A stretch of DNA of 64,000 bases from an uncultured Candidatus Poseidoniales archaeon (lineage in GTDB: Archaea > Thermoplasmatota > Poseidoniia > Poseidoniales > Thalassarchaeaceae), in assembly GCA_964342465.1 (NCBI GenBank), contig CAYFFQ010000001.1, positions 279,691-343,690 of the forward strand, given 5' to 3'. Of the stretch, positions 18,166 through 26,326 are shown one piece after another. Position numbers and translations under genes: made by a program. The stretch's first letter is position 1. Each line of letters begins with the position of its first letter. Below the pieces are notes generated by a model. That model had not been told where the DNA came from, searched no databases, and saw nothing but the letters and a program-made list of their open reading frames with translations.

Positions 18166-19185
18166 ATGCGGTGCGAAAAGTTCGCTTCGGCGGTGACCAC
18201 ATCCCTTCTCATCGGCACCATCCTTGCCCTCTTTGCCGCGCCTGCGTCGGCGCAGTTGGGCAATCCCAACCCCGCAATCAATCTGACCTGTGAGGGAGAA
18301 ATTGTGGAAATCGATGTCAGTCCGGGTGCCAGCAGGGTGGGCTCATTGGATTGCTTGTTGGAGAACCCCTCTATCCATCAAGAGGATGTCAATATCTCAG
18401 TCGATGAGATAGACCTTCAGGTCTCCTATCCCAACAGCATCTCGGTGGCGCCGAACAGTGATACAACATTCACCGTCAGTTGGGCGGGCGAAATCGGCGC
18501 ACCGGTAGCCTCGTTCTCCACCATAGTGGAAGCGACCGTCACCACAGTGAACGGTCTGCCGTACCCCTTGGGTGAATCAAAGAGTGAGAGTGTGACGGTT
18601 GACATTCTTCCGTTTGGGCGGCCGTGGATTGACATTTCAGGGCAGGAGTTGGCGCTTGAACATGGTCAGAGTTCGACGGTGAATTTCTCACTTCGCAACA
18701 CTGGAAATGCCGAGGATACGCTGCGGGTCACCATTGAAAACCAGAGCGGTTTGGAACAGTTCGGATTCACCTTCGACTACTCAGCCACTTCTGCGAGGTT
18801 GGGGGTCAACGAATCAGAGGAGATCACCCTCACCATCACCGCATCTGAAGAGATTCTTGACGGCTCATTCGTCGTCATCCTTCAGGCTACGAGCGAGATG
18901 GCAGAAGATGATGGTGAACCTTGGGTGGTGGAGGAGAACTTCAGATTACAATCTCTTGCCAAGGAAGAATCCTTCCTCACGACATCAGTTGACAGTGTAC
19001 CTGCTTGGGCCATCACCACAACTATGGTGCTGGCCGGTTTGGCTGTCGTTGGTGTCATCGTGGTGGCTGTCAGAGTGATGCTTTCCAAGCGTGGTGGGAT
19101 GAAAATATCCGGCGACAGCGCCGCAGACGTTGATTTTGAATTCGACGATGAGGAGTTCGCAGATTTCGAGTTGGATGACCTTTGA
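18166..19185 (+). CDS. cell-surface protein, two-domain, TM-anchored, acidic tail (paralog of 19266..20222)
   Basis: 339 aa. Signal peptide LLIGTILALFAAPASA. The segment FSLRNTGNAEDTLRVTIEN resembles CARDB/COG1470-type surface domains. TM WAITTTMVLAGLAVVGVIVVAV; tail ends DVDFEFDDEEFADFELDDL. Confidence 0.8.
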   Translation: MRCEKFASAVTTSLLIGTILALFAAPASAQLGNPNPAINLTCEGEIVEIDVSPGASRVGSLDCLLENPSIHQEDVNISVDEIDLQVSYPNSISVAPNSDTTFTVSWAGEIGAPVASFSTIVEATVTTVNGLPYPLGESKSESVTVDILPFGRPWIDISGQELALEHGQSSTVNFSLRNTGNAEDTLRVTIENQSGLEQFGFTFDYSATSARLGVNESEEITLTITASEEILDGSFVVILQATSEMAEDDGEPWVVEENFRLQSLAKEESFLTTSVDSVPAWAITTTMVLAGLAVVGVIVVAVRVMLSKRGGMKISGDSAADVDFEFDDEEFADFELDDL

Positions 19186-19265
19186 ATCAGTTGCAACTAT
19201 CAAGCATCCTACTGCCCCATATCCTTAAAACCGATGGACTGTGACAACTCACCGTAGGTGAGGAT

Positions 19266-20222
19266 ATGGATGGACGAGTGATGCGCAGGATGGCTTTTAT
19301 CTTGGTGCTTTATACCTTGAGCATGTGGGCTGGGGTCGCCACCAGCAATGTCGCAGCGCAGGGTGTTTCACCCAATCCGACCGTAGCAGTCACCTGCTCT
19401 CCGGCGGCTATTCCGATTGAGGTCTACCCCGGCGCCCCTCGAACTGGCACGACCTACTGCACTGCCACCAATCCGACTCAATATGTTGAGGATGTGACCA
19501 TCACCGTGACTGCAGGTGGTCTCGCTGTTGCCCACCCCGGTCTCATCACGGTGGGCGCCTACGATTCCACGACATTCGAAGTGGTTGTTCGTGGGGACAA
19601 CAGAATGGCCGAAGGAAGCCGTACAATCACCATCGTCGCCCGTGTGACTTCCGCAAGTGGGGTACCCTGTACAACCTGCCCCTCAGTCCAGTCAGCGGTG
19701 ATGGCGACCATCATGCAGTTCAGCAGACTGCGTGTGGAAGCAGAAGAACCATTTAGACAACTCAGGCCAAAGGTCGATTACATCTTCGAGTTCAAGGTCT
19801 ATAACGACGGCAACGCATACGACCGATTCAATGTTGACATCGTCAATCGTGATGACTTGGAGGAGAAGGATTTCCAAATCGTTCTGCCAACCATCAGCAC
19901 CGAGATTGAGCCACAGGCCCCACCGGATAAAATGCGGGTGCAGATACGTACTCCCAAGATTCAAGGATGGTCGGACGACTATCATCAACTTCAGTTCAGA
20001 GCGACAAGTGATTACAGTGTCAGAACTGAAGGGGTGGCTAACTATCAAACTCAGATGGTGACCATCTATGTTCGTGGCATCTATCTGCCCGGTTTTGAAC
20101 TCCTCCCTTCCATCTCCATGGTGGCTCTAGGAGCCGCATTCGCAGCCCGCCGTCGCAATTCTGACAGTGAGGAGATGATTGACTTTGACGACCTCACTCC
20201 ACTCGGCGCTCCCGGACTCTGA
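19266..20222 (+). CDS. cell-surface protein, paralog of 18166..19185
   Basis: 318 aa. N-terminal regions align: AQGVSPNPTVAVTCSPAAIPIEVYPGAPRTGTTYCTATNPTQYVEDVTITV vs AQLGNPNPAINLTCEGEIVEIDVSPGASRVGSLDCLLENPSIHQEDVNISV. Second domain has FKVYNDGNAYDRFNVDIVN. C-terminal TM and tail EEMIDFDDL. The start (19266, 19281 or 19290) is uncertain. Confidence 0.8.
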   Translation: MDGRVMRRMAFILVLYTLSMWAGVATSNVAAQGVSPNPTVAVTCSPAAIPIEVYPGAPRTGTTYCTATNPTQYVEDVTITVTAGGLAVAHPGLITVGAYDSTTFEVVVRGDNRMAEGSRTITIVARVTSASGVPCTTCPSVQSAVMATIMQFSRLRVEAEEPFRQLRPKVDYIFEFKVYNDGNAYDRFNVDIVNRDDLEEKDFQIVLPTISTEIEPQAPPDKMRVQIRTPKIQGWSDDYHQLQFRATSDYSVRTEGVANYQTQMVTIYVRGIYLPGFELLPSISMVALGAAFAARRRNSDSEEMIDFDDLTPLGAPGL

Positions 20223-20539
20223 ACACTTTCCTTTGTCCATGGGGTTCGGTCGTATCGAACGATGTGTTTCTCTCTGCTTGACGGGGCGATTATCCCATCT
20301 CCACGAGGTGGTTGGGGCGAAAACATAACGCAAAACACATCTCATTTATTTATGTGGAAATGTAGTGCTGAAATAGATTCATAATTCCCTTTGTCGGTGA
20401 GATGCACGAGAACAACGGTCAATTCTCGGCTCCCGAAAATGAGGACATCAAGGATAAACAGTTCTTTCCTATTGCCACTAAGGCAACGGGTTCATAACTG
20501 TTGGTGAATCACAAACCACCGTATTGAGGGGTTTGCTGG

Positions 20540-21895
20540 ATGACAGGTGGTTTACTTGAAAAAGCGAAAAGTCAGGAGATTGAGTTATCCCCAGATTCAG
20601 ATGACGAGGTCGAAGCAGCCGTGCAACAGATTGATGATGGCGCTGGTGGACTTCTCGCCAAAGTTTCAGCATCTGAGGATTCGGCCCATCCTACTCAAAT
20701 GGACAAGATTCTCGCAGGTCTCTCCGTCGCGCTGATGCTCTTCTCGATGTACGGCCTTTTCAATCTCAGTTCACTCTTTTCATCAACTCCGGTTATCGGT
20801 GACAATGCTGGCTGGCTCATCCTAGTGACCACGATTGCTGCACTGGCTACAGGTTCGTACGCCTTGAGGAATCTCGTAAATGGGGGGACACCTCTTTCCA
20901 AAGCGCAATGGATGGCCCTCGTCGGGGCGTGGTTGGTGCTCTCGCTCGGACCATACTTGGCGGCGATGAACTTCGCTGGTTCGGTAGCCATTACCGGCAT
21001 GACCCACGACGAGGATTCAAATTCCATCTCCTTTGATTACCGTTATTCATCATCCCTTTTATCCTCCTCCGGACCGTTTGAGACAGTAGATGTGCGCGTA
21101 ACTCAAGGAGGTGAAGAGGTCTGGAGTGGTACGGCTGTGGCAGAGGAAAGTTCTCCCGGACTCGGTTCCTTCACCCTCTCAATATCCGATTTTTATTCAG
21201 AAAACGCCTTCCAAGTGACGGGCAAGAAGGTCACCTTGGAGACAAATGATGGTTCATCATACAGCGCGACCACCACCGAGGTTCCGTATCGCGTTCACGC
21301 CGCCCTTTCAGGTTTGAGTGAGGGTATGGCGGTGCTTGACAGCCGCTCCCTGACTCGTACGATTGACGATGCAGACGGAGCCATGACCGGTGTTATCGAC
21401 GACTGTGACAACTGCAAGGATTTGCTCGGTGTGGTCTTGGATGTGTGGGCTGGGTCCGGCCTCTTAGATGTGGACAGCGATACAAGGCCGGCGCCGGCAC
21501 AGGGGGATTACACGATTCTTGGAGAGGTCTTCGGCCCCGATGGCAATATCGCATTCACCTACCCGTTGGTGACTGTGGATGGCACGGTAGCGTCGTGGGA
21601 CAATTCGGCAGGTCACGGTTCGGGGAATGGAGTCATCGGCGACTACGGCTCCCAACTCAATTTGCCGGGGACCACCACGGATGGCGACCCCTTGGGTAGG
21701 GAGTACATCGAGAGAGACGATGTCCTCAGTGACTACGGCTGCTACGAGTTCAAGGTGACCGTCACCATGTTGGAAGATTGGGCCTCAGGCCTTGCGCCGA
21801 CAGTATCTACTGACGAGTTCACATTCCAGCGTGAGATGAACAGCGATGAGAGTGGTGAGCAGGGCATAGAAACCCTTACTCTCGGGTGCAACTGA
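20540..21895 (+). CDS. membrane protein: acidic N-terminal cytoplasmic segment, ~4 TM, large extracytoplasmic C-terminal domain; hypothetical
   Basis: 451 aa. The N-terminus has two GGLL.K motifs (MTGGLLEKA, GAGGLLAKV) around EIELSPDSDDEVE. Hydrophobic helices span aa ~57-155. The TGA stop lies inside the first degenerate unit of the downstream 21-bp array. Confidence 0.7.
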   Translation: MTGGLLEKAKSQEIELSPDSDDEVEAAVQQIDDGAGGLLAKVSASEDSAHPTQMDKILAGLSVALMLFSMYGLFNLSSLFSSTPVIGDNAGWLILVTTIAALATGSYALRNLVNGGTPLSKAQWMALVGAWLVLSLGPYLAAMNFAGSVAITGMTHDEDSNSISFDYRYSSSLLSSSGPFETVDVRVTQGGEEVWSGTAVAEESSPGLGSFTLSISDFYSENAFQVTGKKVTLETNDGSSYSATTTEVPYRVHAALSGLSEGMAVLDSRSLTRTIDDADGAMTGVIDDCDNCKDLLGVVLDVWAGSGLLDVDSDTRPAPAQGDYTILGEVFGPDGNIAFTYPLVTVDGTVASWDNSAGHGSGNGVIGDYGSQLNLPGTTTDGDPLGREYIERDDVLSDYGCYEFKVTVTMLEDWASGLAPTVSTDEFTFQREMNSDESGEQGIETLTLGCN

Positions 21896-21914
21896 CCCAT
21901 CCTTCAGAGCCGAC

Positions 21915-22126
21915 TGGCCTTGCGTGGGGTGCAACTGACCTTTCTTTGGGATGCGCCTGGCTTTGCGTGTGGTGCAACTGGCCTTGCGTGGGGTGCAACT
22001 GACCTTGCGTGTGGTACAACTGGCCTTGCGTGTGCTGCAACAGGACTTGCGTGGGGTGCAACTGACCTTGCGTGGGGTGCGACTGGCCTTTCCTTGGGAT
22101 GCTCCTGGCCTTGCGTGGGACGAAAC
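21915..22126. repeat. 21-bp tandem repeat array, about 10 units (consensus TGRCCTTGCGTGKGGTGCAAC)
   Basis: Units start at 21915, 21936 (22-nt variant), 21958, 21979, 22000, 22021, 22042, 22063, 22084 (22-nt variant) and 22106. Degenerate copies extend to ~21876 and ~22135. The array fills the convergent gap between the stops at 21895 and 22222. All overlapping ORFs are repeat artefacts. Confidence 0.9.
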
Positions 22127-22221
22127 TGACAATCCAACCTGCTCGGATGCCGTCAGTCCACACCGTTCTGCGGTCTGTTTTGTTCTATAGAATAAATGTT
22201 CTTTCCGAGGTGTGTGCCGAT

Positions 22222-23964
22222 TCACAAGTCGTCCAAATCCTCATCTAGATGGTTGATTACTTCCCGTGAGATGGTGATGGTCTTGGGACTTGCATCCTTG
22301 TCGCGAGTTGCGGTGAAGTAGACCACGAGTCCTAAACCGACGACCAGAGCGACTATGAAACTGATGAGTAGCGCACTATCTCCCTCACTCACTTCAGCGG
22401 CGGTGCTCCATTCGGTTGTAAGGGTGCTATCACCTCCACCGAGGGTGCCATTCACAACCACTTGCGACGGGGTCATCGGCATACACCTCAATGTATGATT
22501 ACCACTTGATGGTACTCCCCATTTGAGGTCAATCGTGGCGGTTTCACCAACTCCGAGGAGTGCTGCTGGATAGGGTGGTGAAATATCCGCCCTAACTTCT
22601 CCGACATGACACTCCAGTGGTACACTCGCTGCGGCGAGGCCGTTATTGGTTATGGTCACCCTCACCTCTGCTCTCTTACCGACCGAGGCCGCTTTCTCCA
22701 ATGAGATACCGGTCACCGAAACATCAGGTAGAATTGGGAAAAGGACTTCCACATCACTGCTCTTCTCAAGTGAGTTGTTGGCTCCATAGTAAGTGCCCCA
22801 GGCGGTGAACCATTCAACATCGGAGATTCTCGCATCCTCACTCCAAACCGTTCCGTTGGCATACCCAATCTCGACGATGCGAGGTCCCTGTTGATAGTTG
22901 GCTGGGACGATGTAGGAGCCATCAACCATGGAATGACCGAAGAGAGTCTTTTCTTGAGGCCCGACGCCAGTCAGATTGAATGTGATGCCGGAGCCGGGGA
23001 AATGAAGAGTCTGTTCTCCCACCTGCCTCTCCCAGAGGTCGATTATTCCACCTGAGCCATCTACTTCGCTCAATGATATCTCAGCCGCGGCATCTGCTTT
23101 GATGTCATGGTCCTCCCTGCTTCCACTGAAAGAGCCGCCGCTCATGGTAATCGATGCTGATTCCCCCGCCAATATCAATGGGCCAGAGGTATTGATGTCT
23201 GTTGAAGTTGAGGAAAATGCGCCGTTGATGGTCACATCAGCCCCATTCATCTCTGAGTCAATGGCGACAAGAGTGCCGCCTTCGGAGATGTGGAGAGAGA
23301 ATCCGGCGCTTCCTCGCAGCAACCAGTTTTCATTGTCGAGGTCCGCTGCTTCATAGACATTGGTGGTGGTCGCCCGATTGACTTCAATTCTGTCCACCAC
23401 CAGTTGCCCATATTCACCGACATTCTGATTGAAGTAGAGTGTACCACCTCCGCCGCTGACAACTCCGGCGGTGATGGTGTGGCTGTCTCCTGACATGTCC
23501 TCGTTCGGCCCTTCATTCCAGCGCACCGTGAAATTCGACAGATTGTAATCTGTGGAACTGAAGATGGTGATTGTGAACAGACCGAACTGCTCAGGCACGA
23601 ACAATGTCGCTTCGTCTCCATAACCAGCCCACATCTGGAGGTCAGAGGGTGGATACTGCGAACTGAGAGATGCGTTTTCAAGAACGACTCCGCCGTTAAT
23701 CACGATACTTGTACCGTTGGCAATTGATAGGTTGCCATCAATCCTCAGAGTGGCGCCAGCCGCGACGGTCACCATTCCATCAAGAACCATATTCCCCGAC
23801 CAGTCGGTGTCATCTGAAATGGTGACGGCGGAGCCATCTTGCGGGGGGGGGTCTCCAGCAACAACCAGTGCACTGTTCATCATCATAGTGAGGCATACCA
23901 AGACGACCAACCCAGTCACTAGCGTTCCTCTCGCCATACTTCCTGCGAGTCGGTGGTAGGCCAT
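22222..23964 (-). CDS. TM-anchored surface protein with beta-helix-like N-terminal half and CARDB-like domain
   Basis: The likely start is ATG 23964 (MAYHRLAGSMARGTLVTGLVVLVCLTMMMNSALVVA) or 23937. The TTG-extended ORF to 24102 would overlap carS. CARDB-like VSVTGISLEKAASVGKRAEVRVTITNNGLAAASVPLECHVG. TM ALLISFIVALVVGLGLVVYF; tail ends HLDEDLDDL. Confidence 0.8.
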   Translation of the reverse strand: MAYHRLAGSMARGTLVTGLVVLVCLTMMMNSALVVAGDPPPQDGSAVTISDDTDWSGNMVLDGMVTVAAGATLRIDGNLSIANGTSIVINGGVVLENASLSSQYPPSDLQMWAGYGDEATLFVPEQFGLFTITIFSSTDYNLSNFTVRWNEGPNEDMSGDSHTITAGVVSGGGGTLYFNQNVGEYGQLVVDRIEVNRATTTNVYEAADLDNENWLLRGSAGFSLHISEGGTLVAIDSEMNGADVTINGAFSSTSTDINTSGPLILAGESASITMSGGSFSGSREDHDIKADAAAEISLSEVDGSGGIIDLWERQVGEQTLHFPGSGITFNLTGVGPQEKTLFGHSMVDGSYIVPANYQQGPRIVEIGYANGTVWSEDARISDVEWFTAWGTYYGANNSLEKSSDVEVLFPILPDVSVTGISLEKAASVGKRAEVRVTITNNGLAAASVPLECHVGEVRADISPPYPAALLGVGETATIDLKWGVPSSGNHTLRCMPMTPSQVVVNGTLGGGDSTLTTEWSTAAEVSEGDSALLISFIVALVVGLGLVVYFTATRDKDASPKTITISREVINHLDEDLDDL

Positions 23965-23984
23965 CAATGCGCCGCTCTCGGGGG

Positions 23985-23994
23985 ATAGATTATA
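23985..23994. promoter_or_regulatory. TATA-like box ATAGATTATA in the 56-nt divergent gap
   Basis: It lies 21-30 nt from ATG 23964 (minus gene) and 27-36 nt from ATG 24021 (carS). This fits one bidirectional archaeal promoter driving near-leaderless transcripts. Inference only. Confidence 0.3.
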
Positions 23995-24020
23995 CCACCA
24001 TCTGCACAGCCGAGGGAGTG

Positions 24021-24701
24021 ATGGCAGGGACACCTCCTTGGGATTCGCTGTGGATGGCTCCTCTATTGGTCCTATGGCTCTATCTGCCGGGCTACCTGTC
24101 AAACACCACGGCGATGCTCGGGGGCAGGTGGATCCCAGCTCTCATCGGTGTATCATCCAAACCGATTGATGGGGGTCGGATTCATAGTGACGGCAACCGC
24201 TTGCTGGGGGACGGCAAGACTTGGAACGGCCTTGTCGGGGGAACCATCGGTGGTGGTCTTGTCGGCATGCTCACACATTGGCTCGGGAGTGCATCTCTTT
24301 CCTCCGCTCCGTTTCTCGACCCGCTCGGCGAATATCCTTCACTAGGGATGGGAGACATCACTTCTGCGTGGTATTGGGTCGGTGGTCAATGGGGTGCATC
24401 TCTCATACTCGGAATGGTGCTGGGATTCGGTTGTATGGTAGGTGATTCCACAGGTTCATTCTTCAAGAGAAGAAAAGGGCTGAAGCGAGAGGGCGAGGTG
24501 AGCAGCAGTGCTCCACTCCTTGACACAATACCGTTCGCCATATCCACATTCATCTTCGGCCAGCTTTTCCTCGCTCCTTCCATAGTATCGGATTCTGAGT
24601 TGTTGGTCGGTATGGTGCTGTTGCTCCTCCTTACGCCAATCATTCACCGTTCATTCAATGTCATGGGCTACAAACTCGGGTTGAAATCGGTCCCTTACTG
24701 A
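24021..24701 (+). CDS. carS: CDP-archaeol synthase (CDP-2,3-bis-O-geranylgeranyl-sn-glycerol synthase, DUF46/CarS family)
   Basis: Polytopic. YLPGYLSNTTAMLGG...KPIDGG...DGNRLLGDGKTWNGLVGGTIGG matches the CarS pattern (..PAY.AN....LGG..PID.G....G.R..GDGKTW.G). Start is ATG 24021 or nearby; the ORF is open from 23967. Confidence 0.75.
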   Translation: MAGTPPWDSLWMAPLLVLWLYLPGYLSNTTAMLGGRWIPALIGVSSKPIDGGRIHSDGNRLLGDGKTWNGLVGGTIGGGLVGMLTHWLGSASLSSAPFLDPLGEYPSLGMGDITSAWYWVGGQWGASLILGMVLGFGCMVGDSTGSFFKRRKGLKREGEVSSSAPLLDTIPFAISTFIFGQLFLAPSIVSDSELLVGMVLLLLLTPIIHRSFNVMGYKLGLKSVPY

Positions 24702-24819
24702 TGTCATCTCTAAGCGAATCAAGAGCCTACACTTCGATAATCGTGAAGTACCTCCCCCCAAATTATCTGATAATGGTAAGAGGGATTGCTTATTTCCCCC
24801 TTCCCGCCGAGTCGTCCTC

Positions 24820-26088
24820 ATGGCAGAGGCGTGTGTGCTGGTGGTTGGCGGCGGCGGAAGGGAGCACGCCCTTGTCATGGGATTGGTTGCTTCGCCATCG
24901 GTGGGAGAGGTACATGTCGCCCCCGGTAACGCTGGAACCTCTCAGGTAGCCACCAATCACCCAATTTCTACGGAAGATACCGATTCACTCGTCGGGCTTG
25001 CTCAATCACTCGGATGTGACCTCGTCGTCGTCGGGCCAGAGGGCCCTCTTGTCAATGGAATAAGTGAAAGATTGAGGGTCGTGGGAATCCCCTGTTTCGG
25101 CCCGCATTCAGCCGGTGCTAGCCTTGAAGGCAGCAAATTGTACGCCAAGCAGGTGATGGACTCGCTCGACATTCCTACAGCCCGCTTCAAGATGCTAGAG
25201 CATGAATCTGAAATCGAGGAAGCAGTTGACGGATTCCCGTCACCGTGGGTGGTAAAGCGAGATGTGCTCGCCGGTGGCAAGGGCGTGACGGTCACATCAA
25301 AACGGAGTGATGCGATTGAGGCCCTCACGGATGGACTGAGGAGAGATGGATATGTGCTCCTCGAGGAGTTTCTAACCGGAGAGGAGGCCAGTATGTTGGT
25401 GATGATGGATGAAAGTGGCTGGGTCGCACTTCCTGCATCTCAGGACCACAAGCGGGTTGGCGAAGGGGACACTGGGCCAAACACGGGGGGTATGGGTGCT
25501 TATGCTCCCGCCCCCATAGTGACTGAATCGGTCAGGCAGAGGGTGTTCTCACGGATTGTCGAGCCGATGCACGAATGGCTATCCTCCGAGGAGGAACCCT
25601 ACCGAGGCTGCCTCTATGTCGGTTTGATGATTGATGAGAATGGTGACCCATCTGTAGTCGAATACAATGTGAGATTCGGTGACCCTGAGACTCAGGTCAC
25701 TGTTCCGCTCATCAGAAGCGACCTCTATCGCCTCTTGTCTGCGGTGGCGATGGGGAGAGTTGTAGGAGAAGAGCCGGAGTTCAGTGAGGGTCATGCGATG
25801 ACCGTAGTTCTCGCTTCGGAAGGTTATCCCGGCCCACCGAGAGTAGGACTTCCAATCAATATCGAGACGGCGATGATAGCCAACGAAGATGGGGGGGCGT
25901 TCATCCATCACGCTGGAACCACCTGGGGGGTCAAGGGGGAATTGCTCTCAACAGGCGGCCGGGTTCTCGCCTGCACCGGCATCGCTCCGACACTGCATGA
26001 GGCGAGAGCCCTCTCATACTCGTTGATGGAAGGTATCGTGTTGGAGGGTTCCCATTTCCGGAATGACATAGGACACCACGCCCTCTGA
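24820..26088 (+). CDS. purD: phosphoribosylamine--glycine ligase
   Basis: 422 aa. N-terminal VLVVGGGGREHALV, ATP-grasp core WVVKRDVLAGGKGV, and GPNTGGMGAYAP and VEYNVRFGDPE motifs. Confidence 0.9.
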   Translation: MAEACVLVVGGGGREHALVMGLVASPSVGEVHVAPGNAGTSQVATNHPISTEDTDSLVGLAQSLGCDLVVVGPEGPLVNGISERLRVVGIPCFGPHSAGASLEGSKLYAKQVMDSLDIPTARFKMLEHESEIEEAVDGFPSPWVVKRDVLAGGKGVTVTSKRSDAIEALTDGLRRDGYVLLEEFLTGEEASMLVMMDESGWVALPASQDHKRVGEGDTGPNTGGMGAYAPAPIVTESVRQRVFSRIVEPMHEWLSSEEEPYRGCLYVGLMIDENGDPSVVEYNVRFGDPETQVTVPLIRSDLYRLLSAVAMGRVVGEEPEFSEGHAMTVVLASEGYPGPPRVGLPINIETAMIANEDGGAFIHHAGTTWGVKGELLSTGGRVLACTGIAPTLHEARALSYSLMEGIVLEGSHFRNDIGHHAL

Positions 26089-26258
26089 CCTTGGCCGCCG
26101 ATAAAACGCCGATTCAGGAGAAAAAACAGCCATACTCGGCCTGTTGGATTAGGGGGATGTGGTTTGGATTTCTTACCCGCCTCTGCGAATCGCCACCACA
26201 TCGGCATCACGCCATGCCTGTGCGGGCTCGCGGGCGCAGGTGAATTGAATCGGCAACC

Positions 26259-26268
26259 ATTAAAAAAA
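26259..26268. promoter_or_regulatory. TATA-like A-rich box ATTAAAAAAA upstream of the giant aglB-like gene
   Basis: It lies 59-68 nt upstream of ATG 26327. GAGGT (26315-26319) sits 7 nt before the ATG. Position-based guess only. Confidence 0.25.
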
Positions 26269-26326
26269 GGGGTCAGGTGGCGGCGACGCTGACAGTCGAG
26301 AGACTGGCTAAACCGAGGTAATGTAA

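Noticed and set aside
17829-18281. 150-aa minus-strand ORF spanning the tRNA and the start of gene 18166.
   Set aside because: It overlaps a well-folded tRNA and the signal-peptide region of a plus-strand gene, so it is a typical spurious antisense frame.
21915-22126. Possible CRISPR array (also considered for 61359..61760).
   Set aside because: Units are directly abutting with no unique spacers. The unit lengths (21, 86, 70 bp) and the architecture do not fit repeat-spacer organisation, and there are no cas genes in the window.
21785-22225. ORFs of 69-146 aa in five of the six reading frames over the 21-bp array (21785..22225-, 21876..22163-, 21904..22137-, 21920..22129+, 21951..22190+). 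This includes an in-frame 78-codon continuation after the TGA of gene 20540..21895 (heptad GATGLAW-type peptide).
   Set aside because: The repeat unit contains no stop codon in most frames, so open frames are automatic. With five of the six frames open at once, there is no evidence for coding or for TGA readthrough.
23965-24102. The 136-nt overlap of ORFs 22222..24102 (-) and 23967..24701 (+) as a real antisense gene overlap.
   Set aside because: Both ORFs have internal ATGs (23964 and 24021) placed immediately before a signal peptide and the first CarS TM respectively. These leave a 56-nt divergent gap with a TATA-like box. The upstream extensions look non-functional.
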